DNA from: Mycobacteriales bacterium
Lineage (GTDB): Bacteria > Actinomycetota > Actinomycetes > Mycobacteriales > Pseudonocardiaceae
Assembly (NCBI GenBank): GCA_038320445.1
Contig: JBBQEF010000001.1
Span: forward strand, 1-58,360
Reading direction: 5' to 3'
Length of the DNA stretch: 58,360 bases
Below the pieces are notes generated by a model, which was not told the origin of the DNA, ran no database searches, and saw only the letters and a list, made by a program, of their open reading frames with translations. Of this stretch, positions 25,062 through 41,411 are shown piece after piece (the stretch's first letter is position 1; each line of letters opens with the position of its first letter). Position numbers and translations under genes: made by a program.

Positions 25062-26549
25062 GTGACCGCTCCCCGACGCGGCGGTGGCGCACGCGACGAC
25101 GGTCCTCGGCGCGAGGGCGGGCGGCGCGCCCGGCCGTCCGGGCCGCGCGGTGCGGGCCCGCCCCGCGGCCGGGAGGGGCCGTCGCGCCCGCCGGAGCTCG
25201 ACCCCTCGCGGCAGGCCGCGCTGGAGCTGCTGACCGCGGTGCGGGTACGCGACGCCTACGCCAACCTCGCCCTGCCCGCGATCATGCGCCGACACCGGCT
25301 GCACGACCGCGATGCGGCGCTCACCACCGAGCTGGGCTACGGCACGCTCCGCGCACGCGGCCTGCTCGACGCCGTTCTGGAGGCCTGCATCGACCGGCCC
25401 CTCATCCGGGTGGAGCCCACCCTGATGGACGCGCTGCGGCTGGGCGCCTACCAGCTGCTGCGCACCCGCATCCCCTCGCATGCCGCCGTGGACACCACGG
25501 TGGAGCTGGTGCGCGTGGAGGCGGGCAGCCGCGCGGCCGGCTTCGTGAACGCGGTGCTGCGCAAGGTGGGGCAGCAGGACGAGGCAGCGTGGGTGGCCCA
25601 GCTCGCGCCGCCGGTGGACGAGGACCCGCTCGGCCACGCCGCCTTCGCCCACGCCCACCCGCGCTGGATCGCCCAGGCGTTCGCGGATGCGTTGGGCCCG
25701 GCCGCGGCAGTGGAGCTCGACGCCGCCCTCGCCGCCGACGACGCCCGCCCGCAGGTGCACCTGCTCGCCCGCCCCGGCGAGATCACGGCCACGGAGCTGG
25801 CGTTGGCCACCGGTGGCGAGGAGGCCCTCTACTCGCCGTACGGGGTGCACCTGGAACCCGGCAGTGGCGACGTCGGCGACCTGGAGGCGATCTCCGAGAA
25901 CTTCGCCGTCGTGCAGGACGAGGGCAGCCAGCTCGTGGCGCTCGCGCTCGCCCGCGCGACGCTGATCGGTGACGACGCCGGGCGCTGGCTCGATCTGTGC
26001 GCGGGGCCGGGCGGCAAGGCGGTGCTGCTCGGCGGGCTCGCCTCCCTGGACGGCGGCACCGTGGACGCGGTGGAATCCAGCGAGCACCGCGCCGATCTGG
26101 TGCGGAACGTCACGAAGGACCTTCCCGTGGTGGTGCACACGGCCGACGGCCGGCACGCCCCGCTGCCCGACGCAGCCTTCGACCGCGTGCTGGTGGACGC
26201 GCCGTGCACCGGCCTCGGAGCGCTGCGTCGCCGACCCGAGGCCCGGTGGCGGCGCCGGCCCGAGGACGTCTCGGGACTGGCGAAGCTGCAGCGCGAACTG
26301 CTGACCGCGGCGCTGCGTCACGTGCGGCCCGGCGGCGTGGTGGCCTACGTGACGTGCTCGCCGCACCTCGCGGAGACCGTCGGGGTGCTCACCGGCGTGG
26401 TGCGCAAGCACCCCGGCGTGCAGCAGCTCGATGCGCGCGAGTTCCTCCCGGGGGTGCCCGAGCTGGGCGCGGGCCCGACGGTGCAGCTCTGGCCGCATCG
26501 CCACGGCACCGACGCCATGTTTCTTGCCCTGCTGCGCCGCGCACCGTGA
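25062..26549 (+). CDS. rsmB: RsmB/NOP family rRNA m5C methyltransferase with NusB-like N-domain (start uncertain)
   Basis: ELGYGTLR, VQDEGSQ, DLCAGPGGK, DAPCTGLG, YVTCS. Confidence 0.92.
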   Translation: MTAPRRGGGARDDGPRREGGRRARPSGPRGAGPPRGREGPSRPPELDPSRQAALELLTAVRVRDAYANLALPAIMRRHRLHDRDAALTTELGYGTLRARGLLDAVLEACIDRPLIRVEPTLMDALRLGAYQLLRTRIPSHAAVDTTVELVRVEAGSRAAGFVNAVLRKVGQQDEAAWVAQLAPPVDEDPLGHAAFAHAHPRWIAQAFADALGPAAAVELDAALAADDARPQVHLLARPGEITATELALATGGEEALYSPYGVHLEPGSGDVGDLEAISENFAVVQDEGSQLVALALARATLIGDDAGRWLDLCAGPGGKAVLLGGLASLDGGTVDAVESSEHRADLVRNVTKDLPVVVHTADGRHAPLPDAAFDRVLVDAPCTGLGALRRRPEARWRRRPEDVSGLAKLQRELLTAALRHVRPGGVVAYVTCSPHLAETVGVLTGVVRKHPGVQQLDAREFLPGVPELGAGPTVQLWPHRHGTDAMFLALLRRAP

Positions 26550-26593
26550 CCCGATGCCCCGGCATCAGCGGCCGCAGGGCGTAGCCTGCCGGG

Positions 26594-27289
26594 GTGCTTC
26601 CGATGATCGCTCCGAGCATGCTGTCGGCCGATTTCGCCCGTCTCGCCGACGAGGCCGCCGCCGTCGCGGGGGCGCCCGGGGTGGGTGCCGACTGGCTGCA
26701 CGTCGACGTGATGGACGGGCACTTCGTGCCGAACCTGACACTCGGCCTGCCGGTGGTGCAGGCGCTCCTCGCGGCCACGACGGTGCCGGTCGACTGCCAC
26801 CTGATGATCGACGACCCCGACCGGTGGGCGATCGGGTACGCGGAGGCGGGCGCCCACAATGTGACGGTGCACGTGGAGGCCGCCCGTGACCCGGTGGCAC
26901 TCGCGGCCGACCTGCGTGCGGCCGGCGCGAAGGCCGGGCTCTCGGTGAAGCCCGGGACGCCGCTCGAACCGCACCTGGAGACCCTGCGCCACTACGACAC
27001 CCTGCTGGTGATGAGCGTGGAGCCGGGCTTCGGCGGCCAGAGCTTCATCCCCGAGGTGCTCGACAAGGTGCGGGCCGTGCGGCGCATGGTCGACACCGGC
27101 CACCTGCGGGTACTGGTGGAGATCGACGGCGGGATCAACTCCGACACGATCGAGGCGGCCGCCGAGGCCGGCGTGGACTGCTTCGTGGCGGGCTCCGCCG
27201 TCTACGGGGCCGACGACCCGGCGCGTGCGGTGCGGGCCCTGCGCGAGCAGGTGCTCAGGGCATCGGCGCACCGCGGCTGGTCGGCATGA
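26594..27289 (+). CDS. rpe: ribulose-phosphate 3-epimerase
   Basis: [34 protein letters not shown]. Confidence 0.97.
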   Translation: MLPMIAPSMLSADFARLADEAAAVAGAPGVGADWLHVDVMDGHFVPNLTLGLPVVQALLAATTVPVDCHLMIDDPDRWAIGYAEAGAHNVTVHVEAARDPVALAADLRAAGAKAGLSVKPGTPLEPHLETLRHYDTLLVMSVEPGFGGQSFIPEVLDKVRAVRRMVDTGHLRVLVEIDGGINSDTIEAAAEAGVDCFVAGSAVYGADDPARAVRALREQVLRASAHRGWSA

Positions 27290-27404
27290 CCCCGCCGCCA
27301 CCCCGATCCGCACCCTGATCGGCGGCGCGCCCCACCCGGGAACGCCGGAGCCCTCCACAGGGTTGCACCAACCACACCACGCCCAGCGGAAGGGGCCGAC
27401 GGAC

Positions 27405-28051
27405 ATGTTCACGGGGATCGTCGAGGAGATCGGCGAGGTGCTCGCGGTGCGCCGGAGTGCGGAGGTCGTGGTGTTCACCGTGCTCGGCCGCACCGTGACC
27501 GGCGATGCCGCACACGGGGATTCGATCGCCGTGAACGGGGTGTGCCTGACCGTGATCGACCCGGCCGGCAGCACCGACGGCACGTTCACCGTGGAGCTGG
27601 TGCCGGAGACGCTCACGCGCTCCAGCCTCGCCGCCGTGGTGGCGGGCGCCCGGGTGAACCTGGAGCGGGCGGTGCGCGCCGGCGGCCGGCTCGGCGGCCA
27701 CATCGTGCAGGGACACGTGGACGGTGTGGCCAGCCTCCTCACGCGCCACCCCGCGGAACGTAGCGACGAGCTCGTGTTCAGCCTCGCCCCGGACCTCGCG
27801 CGGTACGTGGTGGAGAAGGGCTCCATCACCGTGGACGGGGTGTCGCTGACCGTGGCCGGCGTGACGAGCGACACGTTCACCGTGGCGCTGATCCCGACGA
27901 CATTGGGACACACGACACTCGGCTTCCGGCAGCCGGGGGATACCGTGAACATCGAGGTGGACGTGGTGGCGAAGTACGTCGAGAAGCTGGCCGCCGGATA
28001 CCTGCCCCGAGCCCGGCAGGGCGCGGAGCCCGATGAGGAGGCCCAGGTCTC

Positions 28052-28055
<4 letters not shown>
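27405..28055 (+). CDS. ribE: riboflavin synthase (alpha chain)
   Basis: [34 protein letters not shown]. Confidence 0.97.
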
Positions 28056-30295
<2,240 letters not shown>

Positions 30296-30382
30296 GGGGG
30301 AGCAGGAGCGCCGCCCGATCGGCACGGTGGCGATCCGACGGCCGGGCACGGACGCCGGCCCGCCGCACGTAGCATCGGTGGC

Positions 30383-31399
30383 GTGCTGCGTGCCCGTGTA
30401 CAGGACCCGGTCGGTGACGAGAGCGTGCGCCTCGGGGACATCGTGCTCCGCAACCGGTTGGTGACCTCCTCGAGCCTGCTGGGCTACGGGGTGTCGAGCT
30501 CCGGTTTCTACGGGATGAGCCCGGTGGCGTTGTTCGTGCCCCTGGCGGAGTTCGGTGCCGTGACCACCCGCACCCTCACCGTGGAGCCCCGGGAGGGCCA
30601 CTTCACCACCCGTGAGGACTGGTCGCCCACCGAGCTGCCGGGGCTGCTCCGGCGCTACGCCACGGTGCTGCGCAGCACCGACGGCGGCTGGGTGAACGCG
30701 TTCGGCTGGTGCAACGTGGGGATCGACGCCTACCTGCGCGACTACTACCCCCGCACCCGCGACCAACGCGTGATCATCTCGCTCGGCGGCTTCTCGGCCG
30801 GGGAGTTCGTGGCGCTGGTCGACCGCGTCAACGCGGCCGTGCCGGCGGGTGACATCGCCGCGGTGGAGTTCAACGTCTCCTGCCACAACGTCAACTTCGA
30901 CTTCTCGACCATTCTCCAGGACGTTCTCGACGAGGCCGTGCCCCGCAGCAGCCACCCGGTGATCCTCAAGCTCTCTCCCGACCACGACTACCTGCGCAAC
31001 GCCCGGCAGGCGGCGAAGGCGGGCGTGGCGGCCCTGACGGCGATCAACACCGTGAAGGCGCTGCGGCTCGACCCGCGTACCGGCACCCCGTTGCTCGCCA
31101 ACCGGTACGGCGGGCTCTCCGGGCGGGCGATCAAGCCGATCGGGCTGCGGGTGGTCTCGGAGCTGCGCGAATCGGGTGTGACACTGCCCATCATCGCGAC
31201 CGGGGGGATCCGCACCGTGGACGACTGTCGCGAGTACTTCTGGGCCGGGGCCGACGCCGTGAGCCTGGGGAGCGCGGTGTGGCTCGCGAGCTATCCCGGC
31301 TACGCCCTCAGCCCGCTGCGGGCGCTGCACGTTCGGCGCGTGCTGAAGGCCGTTCGGCGCTACGGGCCGCACCCACTCGGTATCTCTGCGTCGCTCTGA
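30383..31399 (+). CDS. class 1 dihydroorotate dehydrogenase-like FMN protein (divergent)
   Basis: NAFG..N.G, EFNVSCHN, LKLSP, AINT, GGLSG.AIKP, IIATGGI, GADAVSLGS. Confidence 0.8.
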   Translation: MLRARVQDPVGDESVRLGDIVLRNRLVTSSSLLGYGVSSSGFYGMSPVALFVPLAEFGAVTTRTLTVEPREGHFTTREDWSPTELPGLLRRYATVLRSTDGGWVNAFGWCNVGIDAYLRDYYPRTRDQRVIISLGGFSAGEFVALVDRVNAAVPAGDIAAVEFNVSCHNVNFDFSTILQDVLDEAVPRSSHPVILKLSPDHDYLRNARQAAKAGVAALTAINTVKALRLDPRTGTPLLANRYGGLSGRAIKPIGLRVVSELRESGVTLPIIATGGIRTVDDCREYFWAGADAVSLGSAVWLASYPGYALSPLRALHVRRVLKAVRRYGPHPLGISASL

Positions 31400-31468
31400 G
31401 CGACGATCTTCACTCGTACGCCGGAGCAGGCTGCGGAGCCGACCACGCAGCGACGAGCAGGAGGCGCG

Positions 31469-32188
31469 ATGGACGCCCGGAGTGACTCGGTGAGCGACGA
31501 CGACGGAGTGCGCGCACCGGCCCGCCGCCCACGGGTGGTGCTGATCGACGTGTTCGAGACGATGCTGCAGGTGGACGCTCTGCGCAGCCGTTTCGTGGAC
31601 GTCGGCCGCCCCGAGCACGAGTGGGAGCTGTTCTTCACCCGCACGCTGCGTGACGGGATGGCCCTGACCCTGGCCGGCGCGTCGCGCCCGTTCGGCGAGG
31701 TGGCCAGGGCGGCGTTGCGCACCACGGTGCGGCACACCCTCTCGGAGCAGGCGCTGGACCACGTGCTGAGCGGTTTCCGCGAGCTGCCGCCGCACCCCGA
31801 CGTCGAGCCGGCACTCGTGGCGCTGGCCAGGGCGCGGATCCCCGCCCATGCCTTCACCCACGGCACCAGCACCGTGGCCTGCGACGCCCTCGACGCCGCC
31901 GGGCTGCGGACCTATCTGCGCGGCGTGCTGAGCTGCGAGAGCATCCACGCGTTCAAGCCACCGGCGCGTGTGTACCACTGGGCGTGCCGGGAGGTGGACG
32001 CCCCACCGGATCGGGTGGCGCTGGTGGCGGCCCACTCGTGGGACGTGCACGGCGCCGTGCGGGCCGGGCTCGTGGGTGGGCTCGCGACCCGGCTGGAGGG
32101 TGCGGTGCCTGCGGTGGTGGCGCGCCCGCACGTGGCCGCCGAGCGCCTCGACGTGGTGGTGGACCGGCTGCTGGCCCTGCCGGCCTGA
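31469..32188 (+). CDS. HAD-family hydrolase (haloacid dehalogenase type II-like)
   Basis: IDVFETML motif I, FKPPARVY, VAAHSWDVHGA; AGGAGG RBS. Confidence 0.85.
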   Translation: MDARSDSVSDDDGVRAPARRPRVVLIDVFETMLQVDALRSRFVDVGRPEHEWELFFTRTLRDGMALTLAGASRPFGEVARAALRTTVRHTLSEQALDHVLSGFRELPPHPDVEPALVALARARIPAHAFTHGTSTVACDALDAAGLRTYLRGVLSCESIHAFKPPARVYHWACREVDAPPDRVALVAAHSWDVHGAVRAGLVGGLATRLEGAVPAVVARPHVAAERLDVVVDRLLALPA

Positions 32189-32192
32189 GCGC

Positions 32193-32918
32193 TCAGGCAC
32201 CGAGGGCTCGCCGCGTGCGAGGCCCGACCGAGCCGCGGCCCAGATCGGCGCGCTGCCCGGCCGCCGCACCGGCGCCGAAGCCCGATCCCGACAGCGTCGC
32301 CCGGCGCGCCCGGCCCACCCCCGGGAACGCCTCGGCGTAGGCGCGCTCGACCAGGCGGGACCGATCGGCCAGCACCAGGGCGACGGACCGCCCGCCGGCC
32401 GTCGGGCCGCCCGATCGTTCCGCCACCGCACCGGCCTCGGCGGCCACCAGCCTGCCGTGCACTTCCACGGCGAACCCGTGCAGCCAGGACCGCCGGTACG
32501 CGGCCACCGACTCGCCGGGCCGGGTCGGCCGTTGCCGGAGCAGCTGCGACCCCGCCTGCAGCAGCAGCGACGTGTACAGCAGCTCGACCCGCGCCAGGTC
32601 CGAGGCGAAGCCGAACACCGTGACGGCCGAGACCTTGCCTCCCCAGGCCTCATGGAGCACGGCCCGGCAGCGCAGGGCGGAGGAGACCCACGCCAGCAGC
32701 CGGGCCTTGCCGGCGCTGTAGGGATCGTGCATCGGGATCTGCTGCGCCCCGATCTCGTCGCGGCCGGGATCGGCGGCGGCCAGCAGCGCGTCGTCGATGC
32801 CGTGCCGGGCCATCATCTCCACGGCCTTGGCGGTGTAGGCCTGCGCCTCCTCGGGAGTGGCCGCGCCATCGGCCTTGGCCAGCAGCTTGCGGACGGTGTC
32901 GAGCTTCTCGGCTCCCAT
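32193..32918 (-). CDS. DUF2786-domain protein
   Basis: [13 protein letters not shown]...[20 protein letters not shown]; [12 protein letters not shown]; RRSWLHGFA; GAGGAGGA RBS. Confidence 0.85.
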   Translation of the reverse strand: MGAEKLDTVRKLLAKADGAATPEEAQAYTAKAVEMMARHGIDDALLAAADPGRDEIGAQQIPMHDPYSAGKARLLAWVSSALRCRAVLHEAWGGKVSAVTVFGFASDLARVELLYTSLLLQAGSQLLRQRPTRPGESVAAYRRSWLHGFAVEVHGRLVAAEAGAVAERSGGPTAGGRSVALVLADRSRLVERAYAEAFPGVGRARRATLSGSGFGAGAAAGQRADLGRGSVGPRTRRALGA

Positions 32919-32932
32919 CAGATCCTCCTCGT

Positions 32933-32948
32933 TCGAACGGGCGTTCGG
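32933..32948. promoter_or_regulatory. LexA (SOS) box, actinobacterial type
   Basis: TCGAAC-GGGC-GTTCGG versus consensus TCGAAC-N4-GTTCGA; directly upstream of the DUF2786 RBS. Confidence 0.7.
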
Positions 32949-33007
32949 TCGCGGTGAGTCCTACCACCGGCCCCCGACAATTCCGTCGCGGGTGGTCCGG
33001 GCGCCGC

Positions 33008-33030
33008 TTGTCGGTGGTCGGTCCTACCCT
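33008..33030 (+). promoter_or_regulatory. PafBC/RecA-NDp promoter of uvrC
   Basis: TTGTCGGTG-N8-TACCCT, exact match to tTGTCRgtg-N8-TAnnnT, 9 nt before the uvrC ATG. Confidence 0.85.
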
Positions 33031-33039
33031 GAGGGGGCC

Positions 33040-35079
33040 ATGCCGGATCCTTCCTCGTACCGCCCCGCGCCCGGGTCCATCCCGGAGGCGCCCGGGGTGT
33101 ACCGCTTCTCCGACCCCCACGGTCGGGTCATCTACGTGGGCAAGGCCAAGAGCCTGCGGCAGCGCCTCAACTCCTACTTCGCCGACATCTCCGGTCTGCA
33201 CCCCCGCACCCGCCAGATGGTCACCACCGCGGCGCACGTCGAGTGGACGGTCGTCGGCACCGAGGTCGAGGCGCTGCAGCTCGAGTACAACTGGATCAAG
33301 GAGTTCGACCCCCGGTTCAACGTCCGGTACCGCGACGACAAGACCTACCCGGTGCTCGCCGTGACGATGAACGAGGAGTTCCCGCGGCTGCACGTCTACC
33401 GCGGTCCGCGGCGCAAGGGCGTGCGCTACTTCGGCCCGTACGCCCACGCCTGGGCGATCCGGGAGACGCTCGACCTGCTGTTGCGCGTGTTCCCGGCCCG
33501 CACGTGCAGCGCCGGGGTGTTCAAGCGGCACGGGCAGATCGGCAGGCCGTGCCTGCTGGGTTACATCGACAAGTGCTCGGCGCCGTGCGTCGGGCGCGTC
33601 GATGCGCAGCAGCACCGCGAGATCGTGCAGGACTTCTGCGACTTCCTCGCCGGCCGCACCGATCACCTCGTCCGGCAGCTGGAGCGCCGCATGGCGGTGG
33701 CGTCCGACGGGCTGGAGTTCGAGCGCGCGGCCCGGCTGCGCGATGACATCGGCGCGCTGAAGCGCGCGATGGAGAAGCAGGCGGTGGTGCTCGGCGACGG
33801 CACCGATGCCGATGTCGTCGCGTTCGCCCAGGACGAGCTCGAGGCCGCCGTCCAGGTCTTCCACGTGCGGGGCGGCCGGGTCCGCGGCCAGCGCGGCTGG
33901 GTGATCGACAAGGTGGAGCCCACCGACACGGCGCAGCTCGTCGAACGGTTCCTCACACAGTTCTACGGCGAGCAGGCGGCACTGGCCGAGGCCAGTGACG
34001 ACGCCCATCAGCCGGTGCCCAGGGAGATCCTGGTGCCCGAGCTGCCCGCCGAGGCCGATGCGCTCGCCGAGTGGCTCTCGGAGCTGCGCGGATCCCGCGT
34101 CGGGATCCGGGTGCCGCAGCGCGGCGACAAGCGGGCGCTCGCCGAGACCGTGGCCCGCAACGCGGCCGAGGCCTTCACCCAGCACAAGCTGCGGCGCGCG
34201 GGTGATCTCACGGCCCGCTCGGCGGCACTGCAGGAGATCCAGGACGGGCTGGGGCTCGATTCCGCCCCGCTGCGGATCGAGTGCATCGACGTCTCGCACG
34301 TCCAGGGCACCAACGTGGTGGCGTCGCTCGTCGTCTTCGAGGACGGGCTGGCCAAGAAGTCCGACTACCGCCGGTTCGAGGTCCGCGACGCCGCGGAGAG
34401 CGGCGACGTCGCCTCCATCGCCGAGGTCGTGCGGCGCCGGTTCCGCCGCTACCTGTCGGAGGCCGCCGGCGATCGACCGACCACCGATGGTGGCGGGAAG
34501 AGCGGTAACAACGGTCGAGATCAGCGCGACGCACCCGATATCGCCACCGACAGTTCCACCGAGAGCGCCCTCCACCACCGCCCGGGCATCGACCCCGAGA
34601 CCGGGCGCCCGCGCAAGTTCGCCTACCCGCCGAACCTGCTGGTGGTCGACGGCGCCCAGCCGCAGGCCGAGGCGGCCGCCGACGTCCTCGCCGAGCTGGG
34701 CGTCACCGACGTGGCCGTCTGCGGTCTGGCCAAGCGGCTGGAGGAGGTGTGGCTGCCCGGCGAGCCGGATCCGGTGATCCTCTCCCGCACCAGCGAAGGC
34801 CTCTACCTCCTGCAGCGGATCCGCGACGAGGCGCACCGGTTCGCGATCACCTATCACCGCCAGCGTCGTTCCCGAGGTATGACCAGCTCCGAACTCGACG
34901 CGGTTCCCGGCCTGGGGCCGGCCCGGCGGGCTGCACTGCTCAAGCACTTCGGCTCGGTCCGCAAGCTGCGCGCGGCCGATGCCGAGGAGATCGCGGCGCT
35001 GCCCGGGTTCGGGCCGCGTACCGCGGCGGCCGTGCTCGCCGCGCTGGGGTCGAACGGCACCGGGGGGACCGAGGGATGA
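33040..35079 (+). CDS. uvrC: excinuclease ABC subunit C
   Basis: GIY-YIG PGVY...[40 protein letters not shown]-terminal HhH. Confidence 0.98.
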   Translation: MPDPSSYRPAPGSIPEAPGVYRFSDPHGRVIYVGKAKSLRQRLNSYFADISGLHPRTRQMVTTAAHVEWTVVGTEVEALQLEYNWIKEFDPRFNVRYRDDKTYPVLAVTMNEEFPRLHVYRGPRRKGVRYFGPYAHAWAIRETLDLLLRVFPARTCSAGVFKRHGQIGRPCLLGYIDKCSAPCVGRVDAQQHREIVQDFCDFLAGRTDHLVRQLERRMAVASDGLEFERAARLRDDIGALKRAMEKQAVVLGDGTDADVVAFAQDELEAAVQVFHVRGGRVRGQRGWVIDKVEPTDTAQLVERFLTQFYGEQAALAEASDDAHQPVPREILVPELPAEADALAEWLSELRGSRVGIRVPQRGDKRALAETVARNAAEAFTQHKLRRAGDLTARSAALQEIQDGLGLDSAPLRIECIDVSHVQGTNVVASLVVFEDGLAKKSDYRRFEVRDAAESGDVASIAEVVRRRFRRYLSEAAGDRPTTDGGGKSGNNGRDQRDAPDIATDSSTESALHHRPGIDPETGRPRKFAYPPNLLVVDGAQPQAEAAADVLAELGVTDVAVCGLAKRLEEVWLPGEPDPVILSRTSEGLYLLQRIRDEAHRFAITYHRQRRSRGMTSSELDAVPGLGPARRAALLKHFGSVRKLRAADAEEIAALPGFGPRTAAAVLAALGSNGTGGTEG

Positions 35080-35960
35080 CGGGGCAGAACGAGCCGGGCG
35101 GGATCGAGGTCGCGCTGGTCAGCGGCCTGTCCGGGGCCGGGCGCAGCACCGCTGCGAAGGTGTTGGAGGACCTCGGCTGGTTCGTCGTCGACAACCTGCC
35201 TCCCGAGCTGATTGCCACGATGGTCGATCTCGGGGCCCGCGCCCGCGGCGAGGTCGCGCGGATCGCCGTGGTCATGGATGTGCGGAGTCGCGCCTTCACC
35301 GCCGATCTCGGCGCCGTGATCAAGGACCTGGACACCCGGGGCTACCGGCCCCGGCTGCTGTTCATGGAGGCCTCCGACGCGGTGCTCGTGCGCCGGTTCG
35401 AGCAGGTCCGCCGCAGCCACCCGCTGCAGGGGGACGGGCGGCTGGTCGACGGCATCGCGGCCGAGCGGGCGCTGCTGCGCCCGCTCCGGGAGAGCGCCGA
35501 CCTGGTGGTGGACACCTCCACGCTCACGGTCCCGGTGCTGCGGCGCACCCTGGAGCGCGCCTTCGGGACGGAGTTCGAGCAGGCCACCCGCATCACGCTG
35601 CTGTCGTTCGGCTACAAGTACGGGTTGCCGATGGACTCCGACCTCGTCGCCGACGTCCGGTTCCTGCCCAACCCGTTCTGGATCCCCGAGCTGCGGGCGC
35701 AGACCGGGCGTGACGAGCCGGTGCGCGACTACGTGCTCAGCCAGGAGGGCGCCGAGGAGTTCATCTCCCGCTACCTGGAGCTGCTCGCGCTGGTCGGTGC
35801 CGGGTTCCGCCGGGAGGGCAAGCACTACCTGACGGTGTCCGTCGGCTGCACCGGTGGCAAGCACCGAAGCGTGGCCATCAGCGAGGAGATCGCGCGCCGG
35901 CTCGCGGGCGCCGACGGGGTCACGGTCAGCGTGGCGCACCGCGATCTGGGGCGCGAATGA
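35076..35960 (+). CDS. rapZ: RNase adapter RapZ (YvcJ family)
   Basis: [39 protein letters not shown]. Confidence 0.96.
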   Translation: MTGQNEPGGIEVALVSGLSGAGRSTAAKVLEDLGWFVVDNLPPELIATMVDLGARARGEVARIAVVMDVRSRAFTADLGAVIKDLDTRGYRPRLLFMEASDAVLVRRFEQVRRSHPLQGDGRLVDGIAAERALLRPLRESADLVVDTSTLTVPVLRRTLERAFGTEFEQATRITLLSFGYKYGLPMDSDLVADVRFLPNPFWIPELRAQTGRDEPVRDYVLSQEGAEEFISRYLELLALVGAGFRREGKHYLTVSVGCTGGKHRSVAISEEIARRLAGADGVTVSVAHRDLGRE

Positions 35961-36937
35961 CCGGACCCCCGCTCCGCGCCGTCGCGCTCGGCGGCGGCCA
36001 CGGCCTGCACGCCACCCTCACCGCGCTGCGCCTGCTCACCGAGGACGTCACCGCCGTCGTCACCGTCGCCGACGACGGCGGGTCCTCGGGCAGGCTGCGC
36101 CGCGAGCTGGGCCTGATGCCGCCCGGTGACCTGCGGATGGCGCTGTCCGCACTCGCCGGGAGCGACGCGACGGCGGTCCGCTGGCGCACGCTGGTGCAGC
36201 ACCGGTTCGGCGGCACGGGCGCGCTGGCCGGGCACGCTGTCGGCAACCTCCTGCTCGCCGGGCTGATGGACACCCTGGGCGATCCGGTCGCGGCACTGGA
36301 CGCCGTGGCCGCTCTGCTCGGTGTGCGGGGTCGGGTGCTGCCGATGAGCCGCGACGCGCTCGACATCGAGGCCGAGGTCAGCGGCCTGGGCGGCACCGGC
36401 CGCGCCCACCGGATCCGGGGTCAGGTCGCGGTCGCGTCCACCCCGGGCCGCGTCGAGCGGGTGTGGTTGCTGCCGGAGCGGCCGCGGGCCTGCGCCGAGG
36501 CGCTCGACGCCGTGGCCGGAGCCGATGTGCTGGTCCTCGGCCCCGGTTCCTGGTTCAGCAGCGTGCTCCCGCACCTGCTCGTGCCAGATCTGCGCACCGC
36601 GCTGATCGCGAGCCCGGCCCGCCGGATCGTCGTGCTGAACCTCGCGCCGGAGCCGGGGGAGACCGCCGGCTTCTCCCCCGAGCAGCACCTGGCCGTACTC
36701 TCACAACACGCCCCGGATCTGCGGGTCGACGCGGTGATCGCCGACGTCGCCGCAGTGCCGGTGCCCGATCGGCTCTACCGCACGGCCGCGGCGATGCTCT
36801 CCCCCGGGGGCCGGGTCCACCTCGCTCCCGTCGCCGCGTCCGATCCACTGGCCCCGTGCCACGATCCGGCGGCGCTCGCGGACGCGCTCGCCGCGGCGCT
36901 GGCGGAGCCGTCCGTGGTCGTCGAGAGGAGGACGTAG
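35957..36937 (+). CDS. yvcK: YvcK/CuvA (gluconeogenesis factor) family protein
   Basis: [40 protein letters not shown]. Confidence 0.94.
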   Translation: MTGPPLRAVALGGGHGLHATLTALRLLTEDVTAVVTVADDGGSSGRLRRELGLMPPGDLRMALSALAGSDATAVRWRTLVQHRFGGTGALAGHAVGNLLLAGLMDTLGDPVAALDAVAALLGVRGRVLPMSRDALDIEAEVSGLGGTGRAHRIRGQVAVASTPGRVERVWLLPERPRACAEALDAVAGADVLVLGPGSWFSSVLPHLLVPDLRTALIASPARRIVVLNLAPEPGETAGFSPEQHLAVLSQHAPDLRVDAVIADVAAVPVPDRLYRTAAAMLSPGGRVHLAPVAASDPLAPCHDPAALADALAAALAEPSVVVERRT

Positions 36938-36983
36938 CCGTGCTCGTAGCCGACGCTCCCCACCCCGTCCGGAGGTGCCCCCG

Positions 36984-37970
36984 ATGGCGATGACCTCAGC
37001 GGTCAAGGACGAGCTCAGCCGGCTCGTCGTCACCAAGCCGTGCTGTCGGCGTTCCGAGGTGGCGGCTCTCCTGCGCTTCGCGGGCGGCCTGCACATCGTC
37101 GGCGGCCGGGTGGTGATCGAGGCCGAGGTCGACACCGGCTCGGTGGCGCGGCGGTTGCGGCGCGACATCCACGAGCTCTACGGCCACACCTGCGAGGCCC
37201 ACGTGATCACCGCGGGCGGCCTGCGGCGGGGCGCCCGCTACGTCATGCGGGTGGTGCGCGACGGCGAGGGACTGGCCCGTCAGACCGGGTTGCTCGACGC
37301 CCGCGGCCGGCCGGTCCGCGGCCTCCCGCCGCCCGTCGTCTCCGGCGGGGTGTGCGACGCCGAGGCGGCGTGGCGCGGTGCGTTCCTCGCGCACGGCTCG
37401 CTCACCGAGCCCGGCCGCAGCTCCGCCCTGGAGGTGACGTGCCCGGGACCGGAGGCGGCGCTCGCGCTGGTCGGGGCGGCGCGGCGGCTGGGCGTCACGG
37501 CCAAGGCCCGCGAGGTGCGCGGAGCCGACCGCGTGGTCGTGCGCGACGGCGATGCGATCAGCGCGCTGCTCACGCGGATGGGCGCGCACGAGTGCGTCAT
37601 GGCGTGGGAGGAGCGGCGCATGCGCCGCGAGGTGCGGGCCACCGCCAACCGGCTCGCCAACTTCGACGACGCCAACCTGCGCCGCTCGGCCCGTGCGGCC
37701 GTCGCCGCGGCCGCTCGTGTCGCCAGGGCGCTGGAGATCCTCGGTGACGAGGTGCCGCAGCACCTGCACGCCGCGGGCCGGCTGCGCGCCGAGCACACCC
37801 AGGCCTCGCTGGAGGAGCTGGGCCAGCTCGCCGATCCTCCGATGACCAAGGACGCGGTGGCCGGCCGCATCCGGCGGCTGCTGCACATGGCCGACAAGCG
37901 GGCCGCCGACCTCGGCATCCCGGACACGGAGTCGGCGGTCACCGCGGACATGCTGGAGGAGGAGGCCTGA
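36984..37970 (+). CDS. whiA: DNA-binding protein WhiA
   Basis: [49 protein letters not shown]. Confidence 0.97.
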   Translation: MAMTSAVKDELSRLVVTKPCCRRSEVAALLRFAGGLHIVGGRVVIEAEVDTGSVARRLRRDIHELYGHTCEAHVITAGGLRRGARYVMRVVRDGEGLARQTGLLDARGRPVRGLPPPVVSGGVCDAEAAWRGAFLAHGSLTEPGRSSALEVTCPGPEAALALVGAARRLGVTAKAREVRGADRVVVRDGDAISALLTRMGAHECVMAWEERRMRREVRATANRLANFDDANLRRSARAAVAAAARVARALEILGDEVPQHLHAAGRLRAEHTQASLEELGQLADPPMTKDAVAGRIRRLLHMADKRAADLGIPDTESAVTADMLEEEA

Positions 37971-37982
37971 CGGCGGGTGTGA

Positions 37983-41088
<3,106 letters not shown>

Positions 41089-41169
41089 GCGCGGTGTGAC
41101 CCCGGACGGCCCGCCGATCCGCCGCGGGTACCCTGGCCCTCCCCGGTGTGTGACCAGAATGAGGATGGG

Positions 41170-41406
41170 ATGCAACTCGCCCTGCAGATCGTGTTGATCG
41201 TCACCAGCGTGCTGCTGGTACTGCTGATCCTGCTGCACCGGGGTCGCGGTGGCGGGTTGTCGACGCTCTTCGGCGGCGGGGTGCAGTCCAGCCTGTCGGG
41301 CTCCAGCGTCGTCGAGAAGAACCTCGACCGGCTGACATTGTTCGTCGGTGCGATCTGGGTGATCGCCATCATCGGCACCGGCCTACTCGTGAAGATCGGG
41401 GTCTGA
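41170..41406 (+). CDS. secG: preprotein translocase subunit SecG
   Basis: TM - LLHRGRGGGLSTLFGGG - VEKNLDRLT - TM. Confidence 0.95.
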   Translation: MQLALQIVLIVTSVLLVLLILLHRGRGGGLSTLFGGGVQSSLSGSSVVEKNLDRLTLFVGAIWVIAIIGTGLLVKIGV

Positions 41407-41411
41407 GGAGG

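Noticed and set aside
27290-27404. FMN riboswitch upstream of ribE
   Set aside because: Conserved RFN motifs are absent.
34470-34575. Lower-GC in-frame insertion in uvrC as a possible intein or foreign DNA
   Set aside because: Short, no intein Cys/His-Asn termini; lies in the variable linker before RKFAYPP of actinomycete UvrC.
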